Origin: Verrucomicrobiota bacterium
GTDB taxonomy: Bacteria > Verrucomicrobiota > Verrucomicrobiia > Limisphaerales > UBA11320
Assembly: GCA_016199985.1 (NCBI GenBank)
Contig: JACQFQ010000029.1
Location: 73,440 to 137,439 of the forward strand
Length of the DNA: 64,000 bases
Direction: 5' to 3'
This document shows, in pieces, positions 38,740 through 47,850 of the stretch; within the stretch, counting starts at the first letter, position 1; each line of letters begins with the position of its first letter. Both the position numbers and the translations under genes were made by a program. The notes under the pieces are model-generated. The model saw only the letters and a program-made list of their open reading frames with translations. It had not been told where the DNA came from and did no database searches.

Positions 38740-41700
38740 GCCTTCCGCGCCCATCTCCGGCGTGGAGTCCGCGAAGGACAAGAATCCTGTCGTGGGTTCG
38801 TTTGAATCTGGGGCCGAGGCGCTGTTGGCCCGTGGCCTTGCTCGGTTGGCTCGCCCTGGTGGCGCAGGCTGCTCGATTGCAAGGCGAAGAGGTCGGCGCC
38901 TTCGACCTTCGCACCAACACGCAACCCGCCACAATCAATGCGACCGAAGGCGCTGTCCTCCTTTATCGAGGCGGACTCCAGCCTCCGCAGAGGATCGAGC
39001 CTCCGCAGAGGATGAAGCTTTCCAGGACAAACGCTCCTCCCACACTCGAATATCAACAGCAATTGCAGACGCTTTTGACCGCGTGGGCTAGTCTGACGCT
39101 TGCGGATCAAACGACGCTGCGCGTGTGGGAGATGACACGGTTGTATGTCGTGCATCCCGCCAGCAATTCCGCCCCGCCAAAACTCAACATTGAGGAGGGG
39201 GAGATTCATGTGAACAGTCGTGGCGCTCGCGAGGGCTCGTGTCGGGTGGACACGCCGTACGGAACCGCAAACCCCCAGGGGACGGAGTATGTTGTGAGCG
39301 TCGATCCGTTGCAGAGACGCACCCAGATCACCTTGTTTGATGGTGAAGCCGACATCTCCAACGGTCGGGATCACCGCGTTCTCAAAGCGGGCGAACAAGG
39401 AACTCTCAGCCCGGGGCGACAGATCGAAGTGCGCTCCATCCAGGCGTCCAATATCGTGCAATGGTGGATTTATTATCCGGCCGTATTGGACCCTGAGGAG
39501 CTTCCGCTCACCGCGGAGGAGAAGGCGCGCGCTGCGGAGTCCCTCGCCGCTTATCGTTCCGGCTCGCTCGCTCAGGCTCTCAGAAACTACCCTGGGTACC
39601 CGCAGGACGCGAGGATCGATACCGACGGGCAGGCGATATACTATGCCGCGCTGCTCCTATCCGTTGGTTCGGTGCGGCGCGCGGAAAGCGCGCTTCAGCG
39701 CGTGAATACGAACGCTCCGCTGGCGCGCGCTTTGAGAACGATGGTCGAGGCTGTGAGCGTCGATATGACGGGGCTCGACGCCCCCGGCAAAAAAAGACGA
39801 GCTTCTCCGAGCGGTCGACGTCTTAGCGCGAGCGCCGATTCTGATCTGTCGAGCTTGTCGGCCAGCGAGTGGATCGCGGTTTCGTACTCGCATCAGGCGA
39901 CGAACAACCTGGAGGCGGCGGTGGAGAGCTCGCGTCGAGCTGTGGAGAGGTCGCCAGGGTTTGGGTTTGGGTGGGCGCGACTTGGGGAGCTGGAATTCAG
40001 CTTCGGCCGTTTGTCAGCGGCGAGGAGCGCCATGGAGAAGGCGCTGGTCCTGAGCCCATCCAACGCCCCAGCCCACGCGCTTCAGGGCTTCCTGCTCGCT
40101 GGCGAGAACCGATGGCGACAGGCCCTGGCGTCCTTCGACCGGGCGATTCAGCTCGATGCGAGGCTGGCGAACGCGTGGCTGGGCCGCGGGTTGTGCAAGC
40201 GTCGACTGGCGTGGCGTGAACCCCGACGCGGCCCTGGGGCAGGTCGAGGGGTTCGCCCCCTTCCCGACTGGCTATCCGACCTGTCCACTGCGGTCAGCCT
40301 GGAGCCGACTCGTTCGTTGGTCCGGAGCTATATGGGCAAGGGATTTGCCGAGGTGGGAGAGGTTGAACTGGCGGAAAAGGAGCTGGCTTACGCCAAGGCC
40401 CTCGACGCGAATGACCCGACGCCGTGGCTCTACTCCGCCTTCCTGAGACGTGAGGAGAACCGCGTCAACGAGGCTGTCTATGACTTGGAGCAGTCGATCG
40501 AACGGAATGACAATCGCGCCGTGTATCGCTCCCGTCTCCTGCTGGACGAGGATCGAGCGGTCCGCAGCTCGAGTCTGGCGAGTCTTTATCGTGACGCCGG
40601 GATGAATCGGCTGGCCTTGGCAGAGGCGGCCAGCGCGGTGAGCGCGGACTATGCGAACTATTCAGCGCATCAGTTTCTGGCCGAGAGCTACAACACCTTG
40701 AGAGACCCCACCCGATTCAATCTGCGTTATGAAACCGTTTGGTTCAACGAGCTGTTGTTGGCGAATCTGCTCAGTCCTCCGGGCGCCACGCCGCTCTCTC
40801 AACATGTCTCCCAGCAGGAGTATTCCAGACTGTTCGAGCACAATCGGGTGGGCTTGACCACCGACAGCTCTTACCGGAGCGATGGACAATACCGTGAGCT
40901 TTCTTCGCAGTTTGGCGTGGTGGGAAACATGGCATGGTCCCTGGACCTGGACTATCAGCGGAATGATGGGATCCATCCGAACAATCAGCTCGAACGAACG
41001 GAATGGTACACTACGGTCAAACAGCAACTGACGCCGCAGGACTCCGTGCTGCTGCTTTCGGAGCACATCGACTACCGGGCTGGGGACATCTACCAGACCT
41101 ATACCCCGCGCGACACCGATACACGTTTTCGCCTGAACGAAAGTCAACCGGGCAGCGTGTTTGTCGGCTACCATCGGGAGTGGTCTCCCGGGGTGGATTC
41201 ATTGCTTTTGGGTGGCTGGGTGGATGCAAGCCAGGAGGCGCAAGGGGGTAACTATGCCATCGACGTTCTTGCTCACAATGGCGGGGGGACGCCTGTTTCC
41301 CAACCGCAGGCCTTTCAGTTCATTGATGGCGTCCAGACTCGCTTTTGGAGCTGGGAAGCCAACCAGATTTTTCAAACTGCCGATCATGGAGCGCTGGTAG
41401 GCGGACGATGGCAGGAGGGTCGCCTGAGGACCAGCGACAGAATCGAACCTGTGGACTTCGATCCTGACCGGATCATTCGTGGCTCGTTTGAGACTCCTTT
41501 GCGCGAAACCTCAGCTTACGGATACTACACCTGCAAGCTTCTGGATCCGCTGATTATCACCGCTGGCATTGGATGGGATCAAGCGACCTTCGGTGAGAAC
41601 TTCCGCAGCCCTCCGCTCACCAACACCCCCACGCATCGCAGTCGCTGGGAGCCCAAGGGAGCGCTCACCTGGGTTCCCAACGCCTGGATGACGCTGCGCG

Positions 41701-42464
41701 GCTCGTACTCAAAGTCCTTGGGCGGGGTAACCGCCAATGGAGCGTACCGTTTGGAGCCGACACAACTCGCCGGTTTTCCCACGACTTATCGATCCATCCT
41801 CTCCGAGTCTCTCGGAGGATCCATGTCTGCTCCCGCCCTGGAGACGGCCGGGCTCGCCTTGAGCCTGAGGATGACCGACCGGCTCTATGCGGGCTTCGAA
41901 GTCAGGGCCTTGAGCTCGTCAGCTCGCAACTGGATCGGCGCCTTGGATGTGGACGAGGGCCCTGGAGGAACAGTGCAGCGCTTGTCTTTGACGCAGACGG
42001 CAACAACGCGGGAAACCATGGGGTCGGTTTACGCGAACTGCCTGATAAGCTCAGAGTGCTTGGTTGGCCTGGACTACAGTGTGACACACGCAAGGTATCG
42101 CTCCGTCCTTCCCGAGCCAGCGTCATTGATCATTGACGGTCCATCCGACTTTACCCAGAGATCCACACTTCATCGGATTGGGATTCGCGGGGCCTTCAAT
42201 CATCCATCGGGATTCTTTGCGAACACCGACCTCTCCTGGCTTCTACAGAGCAGTTCCAGCAGCGTGACAGGCGAGAGAACACCAGGCGAATCCTTCGTCG
42301 ATGTGAACGCCTCCCTCGGCTATCGTTTCCGGCGGCAGCGCGCTGAGTTTCTCCTGGGTGTTATGAACCTGGCCGGGCGGAGCTATGAGTTGAATCCGCT
42401 GACTCCGTACGAGGAGTTTCCCAGATCCCGTGTTTTTGTTGCTCGGTTGCGGTTCAAATTCTGA
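38736..42464 (+). CDS. Secreted FecR-like domain + TPR repeats + large C-terminal putative outer-membrane beta-barrel
   Basis: The ATG at 38736 overlaps the kinase stop (ATGA). The signal-like segment is CWPVALLGWLALVAQAARL. The FecR-like part is EGEIHVNS...DTPYGTANPQGTEYVV...TLFDGEADI. TPR-like helices span about aa 280-640. The alternating beta-like C-terminal ~600 aa end in FVARLRFKF. Confidence 0.75.
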   Translation: MSLPRPSPAWSPRRTRILSWVRLNLGPRRCWPVALLGWLALVAQAARLQGEEVGAFDLRTNTQPATINATEGAVLLYRGGLQPPQRIEPPQRMKLSRTNAPPTLEYQQQLQTLLTAWASLTLADQTTLRVWEMTRLYVVHPASNSAPPKLNIEEGEIHVNSRGAREGSCRVDTPYGTANPQGTEYVVSVDPLQRRTQITLFDGEADISNGRDHRVLKAGEQGTLSPGRQIEVRSIQASNIVQWWIYYPAVLDPEELPLTAEEKARAAESLAAYRSGSLAQALRNYPGYPQDARIDTDGQAIYYAALLLSVGSVRRAESALQRVNTNAPLARALRTMVEAVSVDMTGLDAPGKKRRASPSGRRLSASADSDLSSLSASEWIAVSYSHQATNNLEAAVESSRRAVERSPGFGFGWARLGELEFSFGRLSAARSAMEKALVLSPSNAPAHALQGFLLAGENRWRQALASFDRAIQLDARLANAWLGRGLCKRRLAWREPRRGPGAGRGVRPLPDWLSDLSTAVSLEPTRSLVRSYMGKGFAEVGEVELAEKELAYAKALDANDPTPWLYSAFLRREENRVNEAVYDLEQSIERNDNRAVYRSRLLLDEDRAVRSSSLASLYRDAGMNRLALAEAASAVSADYANYSAHQFLAESYNTLRDPTRFNLRYETVWFNELLLANLLSPPGATPLSQHVSQQEYSRLFEHNRVGLTTDSSYRSDGQYRELSSQFGVVGNMAWSLDLDYQRNDGIHPNNQLERTEWYTTVKQQLTPQDSVLLLSEHIDYRAGDIYQTYTPRDTDTRFRLNESQPGSVFVGYHREWSPGVDSLLLGGWVDASQEAQGGNYAIDVLAHNGGGTPVSQPQAFQFIDGVQTRFWSWEANQIFQTADHGALVGGRWQEGRLRTSDRIEPVDFDPDRIIRGSFETPLRETSAYGYYTCKLLDPLIITAGIGWDQATFGENFRSPPLTNTPTHRSRWEPKGALTWVPNAWMTLRGSYSKSLGGVTANGAYRLEPTQLAGFPTTYRSILSESLGGSMSAPALETAGLALSLRMTDRLYAGFEVRALSSSARNWIGALDVDEGPGGTVQRLSLTQTATTRETMGSVYANCLISSECLVGLDYSVTHARYRSVLPEPASLIIDGPSDFTQRSTLHRIGIRGAFNHPSGFFANTDLSWLLQSSSSSVTGERTPGESFVDVNASLGYRFRRQRAEFLLGVMNLAGRSYELNPLTPYEEFPRSRVFVARLRFKF

Positions 42465-42483
42465 ATGCCCCGGCCCTCCTCCC

Positions 42484-42513
42484 GCGCCTCGTCCGAGGTC
42501 GCGATTCTTCTTC
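42484..42513 (+). terminator. Weak hairpin plus T-rich tract after the barrel gene
   Basis: The hairpin is gcgCCTCgtccGAGGtcgc followed by gattcttcttc. Confidence 0.2.
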
Positions 42514-42625
42514 AGCTCCCGACGCGGGCCGCGTCACCGGACATTCGCGTCCCTTGACGCCTCGGCGCTGCTCTGTCAAACACCGGGAGATTTCATGCAA
42601 CAGACTGTGAACTGACACAACTGGT

Positions 42626-44443
42626 ATGAGTTGCCTTCTGAAGCGGTGTTTGAGGTCTCCGCCGTGGTCATGTCGGCGTCCCTGGCCTCGCCAGCTGCCA
42701 TCCCCATGCCCCGCCACTGTGTTCCGCCGGCTCTGGCTCGTGTGTCTTCTCCTGAGTTGTGTCGGGAGCGCTGTTGCGCAATTCGATTTGTATTTCGAGG
42801 TGCTCAACCCCCCTGTCAGCGCCTTCCAGTGTCAGCATGTCGGCTGGGTCATCAGAGTGACAAATAAGGGCAGTTTTGTTTCACCGAATGTTTGTTTTCT
42901 GACCGGTGTCGTTCCTCAATCGGGGCCGCAGCAATGGAACACGCCGTTCCAGATTCTCAACTTTCAGACCAAGATGCTCCGCCCGGGGGAGAGCCAGCTT
43001 TTTCCGGTTACCGATTACGTCATCCTCTGCAACGCGCCTTTGGGGAGGCTATACACCAAGGTCGAGACTCTTACGATTCCGACTTTTGGGTGTAGCATGG
43101 ACTTTCTTACCAATGGCAACTGGGATGAGAAGCCCATCCAGATTCAGGAAACGTTCTGGGATCTTAGGTTCCGGCTTGTGAACCCGCCAACTCACGGCGT
43201 GACCTGTTCCTCGGTCGACTGGGCGATAGAGGTGACGAACGCGGGCAACGCCGCTTCCCAGGACGTTTGTTTCTTTTCCGGGATCGGCCCCTTCTCAGGG
43301 CCTGGGAATTGGAAGGATGTTCCGTTTTTCGCGCCCTTCCGCTCTGGCAGCATTCCCCGTGGCGGCAGTCGCGTGTTCCCTGTCATCAACTACCAGATCC
43401 CTTGCAGTGCGACACCCGGCCAGCAGTATGTGAAGGTGGAGATCAACTATAACCCCGGGGCATGCGACGATCCGCACAAGGCTGGAAACTTTGCGGAGTC
43501 CGCGATTCAGTTGGAGGCTGGATATTGGGACCTCCAGTTTTCGATTGCGAAAGCTCCTCCGACGGGGTTGCTGGGCAGTTTTGTGCGATGGGATGTGAAT
43601 GTGGTCAACGCCGGGACACTGACTTCCATGGACGTTTGTTTCGTAACCGGGATAGGTCTCCATAGCGGGCCAAACGCATGGGCCGACAACCTGGGTCTTG
43701 TGTCCCTGCACTCCGGCCCGATTCCGCCACACACGACGGAGACATTTGCCGTTGCCGGATACTTGATCTCCCCTCTTGCCCTGCGCACCCAACAGTACAT
43801 CAAAGCCGAGATCAACTATGCGGCTGGCTGTTTCGACCCCTTTTCCACGGGGAACTATGCCGACGTTCCCATCCTGCTGGACCTGGACGAGAACTGTGCC
43901 ACATGTCCGCTTCAGGGCCCTGGCCCGTGGTTGGAACCGATCTTCTTGGATATACCTCCCCCTGGGTCTAGACCCCCGATCAACGGGTCATACTACGGAC
44001 ACCTTCATGTTGGCATAGGACCTTCGCAAGCCGTTGCGTCGGGCGCGCAGTTTTGGTGGCTCGATTACAAGAATACGAATCATTTCAGCCAGAGCACCAA
44101 CTTCCTGATGCAACCGGGCCTCGCCTTCACACTTCATTTCGGCCCCGCTGAACATTACACCGAGCCGACCAACGTGACGTTCGTTCTCTCCAGAGGTGAT
44201 CAGGCTGAGTATCTTGGGAACTATCTGGCGCATGGAAAACTGGAACTCTCACAGGGACAGCTGTGGCTCATTGGTTCGAGTGGGAGCACCTATCGCATCG
44301 AGTCCAGCCCGACCCTGGATTCGAACGCCTCCTGGAAGCCCGTGTTTCAACAGGCCCTGACATCCGAGACTCGTATGGCGCTGGATGGCCTGGCGCCAGC
44401 CGTTTCCAGCAACCTGTTTCTTCGTGCCGTCCTTTCTCCATAG
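42626..44443 (+). CDS. Secreted protein with three tandem ~123-125-aa CARDB-like repeats and a C-terminal FYRL-type-like domain
   Basis: The probable true start is the GTG at 42719 (VFRRLWLVCLLLSCVGSAVAQ signal). The repeats begin FDLYFEVLNPP, WDLRFRLVNPP and WDLQFSIAKAPP. Each carries V(T/V)NAG and (D/N)VCF.(T/S)G. Confidence 0.7.
   Translation: MSCLLKRCLRSPPWSCRRPWPRQLPSPCPATVFRRLWLVCLLLSCVGSAVAQFDLYFEVLNPPVSAFQCQHVGWVIRVTNKGSFVSPNVCFLTGVVPQSGPQQWNTPFQILNFQTKMLRPGESQLFPVTDYVILCNAPLGRLYTKVETLTIPTFGCSMDFLTNGNWDEKPIQIQETFWDLRFRLVNPPTHGVTCSSVDWAIEVTNAGNAASQDVCFFSGIGPFSGPGNWKDVPFFAPFRSGSIPRGGSRVFPVINYQIPCSATPGQQYVKVEINYNPGACDDPHKAGNFAESAIQLEAGYWDLQFSIAKAPPTGLLGSFVRWDVNVVNAGTLTSMDVCFVTGIGLHSGPNAWADNLGLVSLHSGPIPPHTTETFAVAGYLISPLALRTQQYIKAEINYAAGCFDPFSTGNYADVPILLDLDENCATCPLQGPGPWLEPIFLDIPPPGSRPPINGSYYGHLHVGIGPSQAVASGAQFWWLDYKNTNHFSQSTNFLMQPGLAFTLHFGPAEHYTEPTNVTFVLSRGDQAEYLGNYLAHGKLELSQGQLWLIGSSGSTYRIESSPTLDSNASWKPVFQQALTSETRMALDGLAPAVSSNLFLRAVLSP
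42779..43900 (+). repeat. Three in-frame tandem repeats of 375/369 nt inside CDS 42626-44443
   Basis: The repeat anchors (F/W)D(L)-x-F sit at 42785, 43160 and 43529 (GAT/GAC codons). The repeats are diverged at the DNA level but align clearly at the protein level. Confidence 0.7.
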
Positions 44444-44802
44444 CCCTTCCTTTCCAGGCGCGCCAGGGAATCGGAGCCTTCCGCCGAGTGGACATGTCCC
44501 GTGGTCGGTGTTCCTCGAGTTGCTGAGGCTGTTTCCTTCCTGATCTGATACCGGTTCTCGTCCGCGCTGCGCGCTGGAGAAGGCCGTGATCTTCTTTACT
44601 CGCATCGGGCGTGGATCCCTCCACGAACGAGCGCATCTCAGCCCTGATCAGGCAAACCGGACGGCCTTTTCCTTCTTCCTGCAAATCCTCCGTCATAATC
44701 CCGCGCCCTCTACGTGGTATCTCGTGAAAGGGCGGGCCTTTGAACAGAGACGGCCTGCAAAACCTGAGAACACCACTACTTGCCCCATTACGCGGAGCTG
44801 CC

Positions 44803-46548
44803 ATGAAAACCATCCCACTCATCTTTGTTTGTTGCCTGCTCGCCGGGTCTGAGACATCTCAAGCTGTCACCCTGGCGAGCCTGGAGTTTGACGCGGACAA
44901 CCATCTTCCGTCCCAGGATCCTGGCATCGCCCTTTTCAACAGCACAGGATCGCCCGAGGCAGACGTCTTCGATGTCTCGGGCGGCTTCCTCCATCAACAC
45001 ACATTTGATCTGGGAGGATCCGCCCGCTACCACTCTCCCAACCTCCAGCTCACCTCAGGAACCTTGAGAGCGGACTGGGATCTAAGGCTGGAAGCGCGGT
45101 TCGTCGTGCATCGTGTCGGCGGGCCCCGGGGCGCGTTCTTTGAGGCGTTTGACGGCGCCAATGTCTACTCAGTCGAGTTCACACCCGGAGGCGTTGTCGT
45201 TGCCGCCGAGGAAATCGGGTTTTCTCCGGTGATTCCAGTTTCCGAATCCGAACCTCACATCCTCCGGCTGGAGTCTCGCAGCGGCACTGGAGAAGTGCTG
45301 TGTTTTGTGGACGGCCTCCTTCGATTTAGGGGGCTCGCCCCGACGAAAACGACTCTGAACGGGTTCTGCTGGGGGGATGGCAGCGTGGAGCCTGGGGCCG
45401 GCGCCGACATTGACTGGGACTACTTGCGAATCCAACAGCAGCCCCCGGCCATTCTGCGAATCGTTCAGGCCCAGGCTCATTGCGGCGCGAACACGGTGAC
45501 GCTTTCCTACAATCAACCTGTCACCCTAGAGGGCAGCTATACGCTGGAGAACGGTGTCTCCGTGATCCGCCGGACCTATGGAAGGGACTCCGCTGAAGTC
45601 GTTTTGTCGACGTCGCTTCTTGCCCCGCGCACGGCCTACCGTCTCACGGTTCGCGGTGTGCATAGCCTGGAGACGCCCTCGGACGAGCTGGAATCAGATT
45701 CCTCAGTCTGGTTCGTGGGTTGCGCGAGCGCGTGCAACGAGCTGGTGAGCGCTCCAGCCGACGGAGGCGCCGTGACGATTGGCTGGGGGGACCCATCCGA
45801 TGCCATCCAGACCAGCACGAACCTGAGCACTTGGTGGGATCTTCCGGGAGCGGTGTCTCCCATGGTCGTTCCTTCGCACGGCTTGCCGATGCAGTTCTTT
45901 CGTCTCACCTGTGATCCGACGGGCACAACGAACGGACCTCTCCCTGCGTTCATCCGACAGCCGCGCTCGTTTGGCGTCAGCAGTGGCAATAGCGTCTCCT
46001 TCGAGGCGCAGATCGTGGGTCTCGGGCCGATGAGCTATCAGTGGTTTCGCAATGGGACCAACCTGCTGGGACAGACGAGCGACCGGCTCACGCTCGTCGC
46101 TGGCAGTGAATCCGACGAGGGGGTGTATGAACTCCGCGCCACGAATAGATTCGGGGTGGCCTGGAGCAAGCCGGGCTATCTCCTGCTCACTCCTCAACTT
46201 CCCCCTGCGTCATGGAATACACTCGTGGCCAGGCCTAGTGTTTTCGTTCTCTTGCTTCGTCCTGCCCGGGACTTCTCGTTCAACACAACCCTGGCTTCCG
46301 AGGAGATCCATACGATGAGTTGGGGGAAAGACAACGTCGACGGATTGTCGTTCAACACCACCCTGGCCTCGCCCCCTGTGGACGTCTTTCTCTTGGGTCT
46401 CCCCTTCCCGGAATCGCTTCCATTCAACACGACGGTCGCCGGATCGCCTGTATCGGTGTTTCTCCTGGGATCCGAGACCCCGGAAGGGCTGGCATGGAAC
46501 ACCTCAATCGCCCAACCGCCTGTGCAACTCAAACGATCCGCGTTCTGA
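44803..46548 (+). CDS. Secreted multidomain protein with a ConA/LamG-like domain, an SbsA-Ig domain, an internal FYRL-type domain, an Ig I-set domain and five C-terminal 22-24-aa repeats
   Basis: The signal peptide is MKTIPLIFVCCLLAGSETSQA (ATG at 44803). The Ig-like part is YQWFRNGTNLLGQTSDRLTL...DEGVYELRATN. The internal domain reads IQTSTNLSTWWDL...MQFFRL. The C-terminal repeats have the form (F/W)NT(T/S).A..PV.VFLLG. Confidence 0.7.
   Translation: MKTIPLIFVCCLLAGSETSQAVTLASLEFDADNHLPSQDPGIALFNSTGSPEADVFDVSGGFLHQHTFDLGGSARYHSPNLQLTSGTLRADWDLRLEARFVVHRVGGPRGAFFEAFDGANVYSVEFTPGGVVVAAEEIGFSPVIPVSESEPHILRLESRSGTGEVLCFVDGLLRFRGLAPTKTTLNGFCWGDGSVEPGAGADIDWDYLRIQQQPPAILRIVQAQAHCGANTVTLSYNQPVTLEGSYTLENGVSVIRRTYGRDSAEVVLSTSLLAPRTAYRLTVRGVHSLETPSDELESDSSVWFVGCASACNELVSAPADGGAVTIGWGDPSDAIQTSTNLSTWWDLPGAVSPMVVPSHGLPMQFFRLTCDPTGTTNGPLPAFIRQPRSFGVSSGNSVSFEAQIVGLGPMSYQWFRNGTNLLGQTSDRLTLVAGSESDEGVYELRATNRFGVAWSKPGYLLLTPQLPPASWNTLVARPSVFVLLLRPARDFSFNTTLASEEIHTMSWGKDNVDGLSFNTTLASPPVDVFLLGLPFPESLPFNTTVAGSPVSVFLLGSETPEGLAWNTSIAQPPVQLKRSAF
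46213..46545 (+). repeat. Five tandem 66-72-nt (22-24-aa) repeats at the 3' end of CDS 44803-46548
   Basis: The (W/F)NT codon anchors sit at 46213, 46279, 46351, 46423 and 46495, spaced 66, 72, 72 and 72 nt apart. Confidence 0.75.
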
Positions 46549-46616
46549 CCTGAAGTTCAATTTGATTCGACTGGAACAGCATCCATCCCAAAACAAACAA
46601 ACAACAAGAACCTCAC

Positions 46617-47831
46617 ATGAAAACACTGACACTCATCACGCTCGGGCTGCTCGCCGCGGGCATCAACACTCAGGCTCAATTCAACTCCGGAAGCACGGGA
46701 GCCCGTGGGCCGCTCGTGGTCGCCACCAACCTCATCGTCGATTTACCCGACGACGGCATTCTGCACTTCAGCACCGTGACCGTTCAGCCAGGCGCCGTGC
46801 TGCGGTTCAGAAAAAACCTGAAGAACACGCCAGTCTACCTTCTCGCCACCGGGGATGTCACAATCCAGGGCGTCATTCACGTGGACGGCGGCGACGCCAC
46901 CCTTTCGGCGCCCTTTGAGCCCGGACGCGGCGGGCCTGGAGGATTTGATGGCGGATGGCCGGGGTTGGGAGGGATTGCCGCAGGGGATGGCTACGGACCC
47001 GGGGGTGGAAAGGCGGGCACTGACGCGGTCGGCGGCTGCTTCGGAGCCGCCTCGACGGCGGGTTGCGGCGCCTACGCTACTTCCCCGAGCCCGCACTATG
47101 GGTCGCTGAACAAGGGCCAGCTCTACGGGAGCCCGCTTCTTGTGCCGATGGTAGGAGGGTCTGGCGGCGGCGGCGTGGGTAGGAGCGGGCAAGGGGTGGG
47201 CGGTGGTGGCGGCGGCGGTGGCATCGTCATCGCTTCGAATACGCGGATCGAAGTGTCGGGCAGCGTTTCCGCGAATGGTGGCCGTGGAATGATTTTCCGC
47301 TCTGGATGTGATGACGTCAACGGCACGGATCCGAATCCTGGAAGTGGCGGCGCGATTCGGCTGGTGGCTCCCGCGGTCGCGGGTGGCGGCGGCCTATACT
47401 GCTCCGGCCGGACATACGGCGCGGCTCAGGGCAGCCATGGTCGCGTGAGGATTGATACGATCGACCCTCGTAACCTCAATCTGGGCGTCATCGGCTTGGT
47501 GACTTACGGGAAATACATGGTTGTCTTCCCCACGACGCTGCCCTCTCTCGACATCATCGAGGCCGCTGGCGCCTCCATCAAACCCGGCGCCGGTCCTGTG
47601 ACGGTCCAACTGCCAAACAACGCGCCTACCGCGCAGGTGGTGAAACTGCAAGCGAGCAACTTCTTCGGCTACGTTACCAATTACGTTGTGGTCACGCCGC
47701 AGAGCGGCCCCAGCGCCACCTATGTCACTGTCATTGATAATGCCTCTGCGAACCCCGCCACGGGCAACGTGACGGTGACTCTGCCCGTGAGCACGCCGGT
47801 GTCTATCGCCGCCTGGAACAAAGTGCCCTAG
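46617..47831 (+). CDS. Secreted glycine-rich protein (putative beta-helix/beta-solenoid)
   Basis: The signal peptide is MKTLTLITLGLLAAGINTQAQ. Gly-rich runs include GGSGGGGVGRSGQGVGGGGGGGGIVIAS, with repeated G-x-G turns. Confidence 0.7.
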   Translation: MKTLTLITLGLLAAGINTQAQFNSGSTGARGPLVVATNLIVDLPDDGILHFSTVTVQPGAVLRFRKNLKNTPVYLLATGDVTIQGVIHVDGGDATLSAPFEPGRGGPGGFDGGWPGLGGIAAGDGYGPGGGKAGTDAVGGCFGAASTAGCGAYATSPSPHYGSLNKGQLYGSPLLVPMVGGSGGGGVGRSGQGVGGGGGGGGIVIASNTRIEVSGSVSANGGRGMIFRSGCDDVNGTDPNPGSGGAIRLVAPAVAGGGGLYCSGRTYGAAQGSHGRVRIDTIDPRNLNLGVIGLVTYGKYMVVFPTTLPSLDIIEAAGASIKPGAGPVTVQLPNNAPTAQVVKLQASNFFGYVTNYVVVTPQSGPSATYVTVIDNASANPATGNVTVTLPVSTPVSIAAWNKVP

Positions 47832-47850
47832 CCCGGTCGAAGACTCGAAG

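Noticed and set aside
38982-39017. An 18-nt tandem duplication, cctccgcagaggatcgag / cctccgcagaggatgaag, encoding PPQRIEPPQRMK.
   Set aside because: It is an in-frame two-copy microduplication in a linker of the FecR-TPR protein, with no evidence of function or variability.
46583-46616. A GGAAC element upstream of the Gly-rich protein gene, considered as a second ECF promoter.
   Set aside because: It is only about 30 nt from the ATG, the downstream -10 region (caaac) does not match the CGAC/CGTC type, and the spacing relative to the candidate at 35194 does not align.
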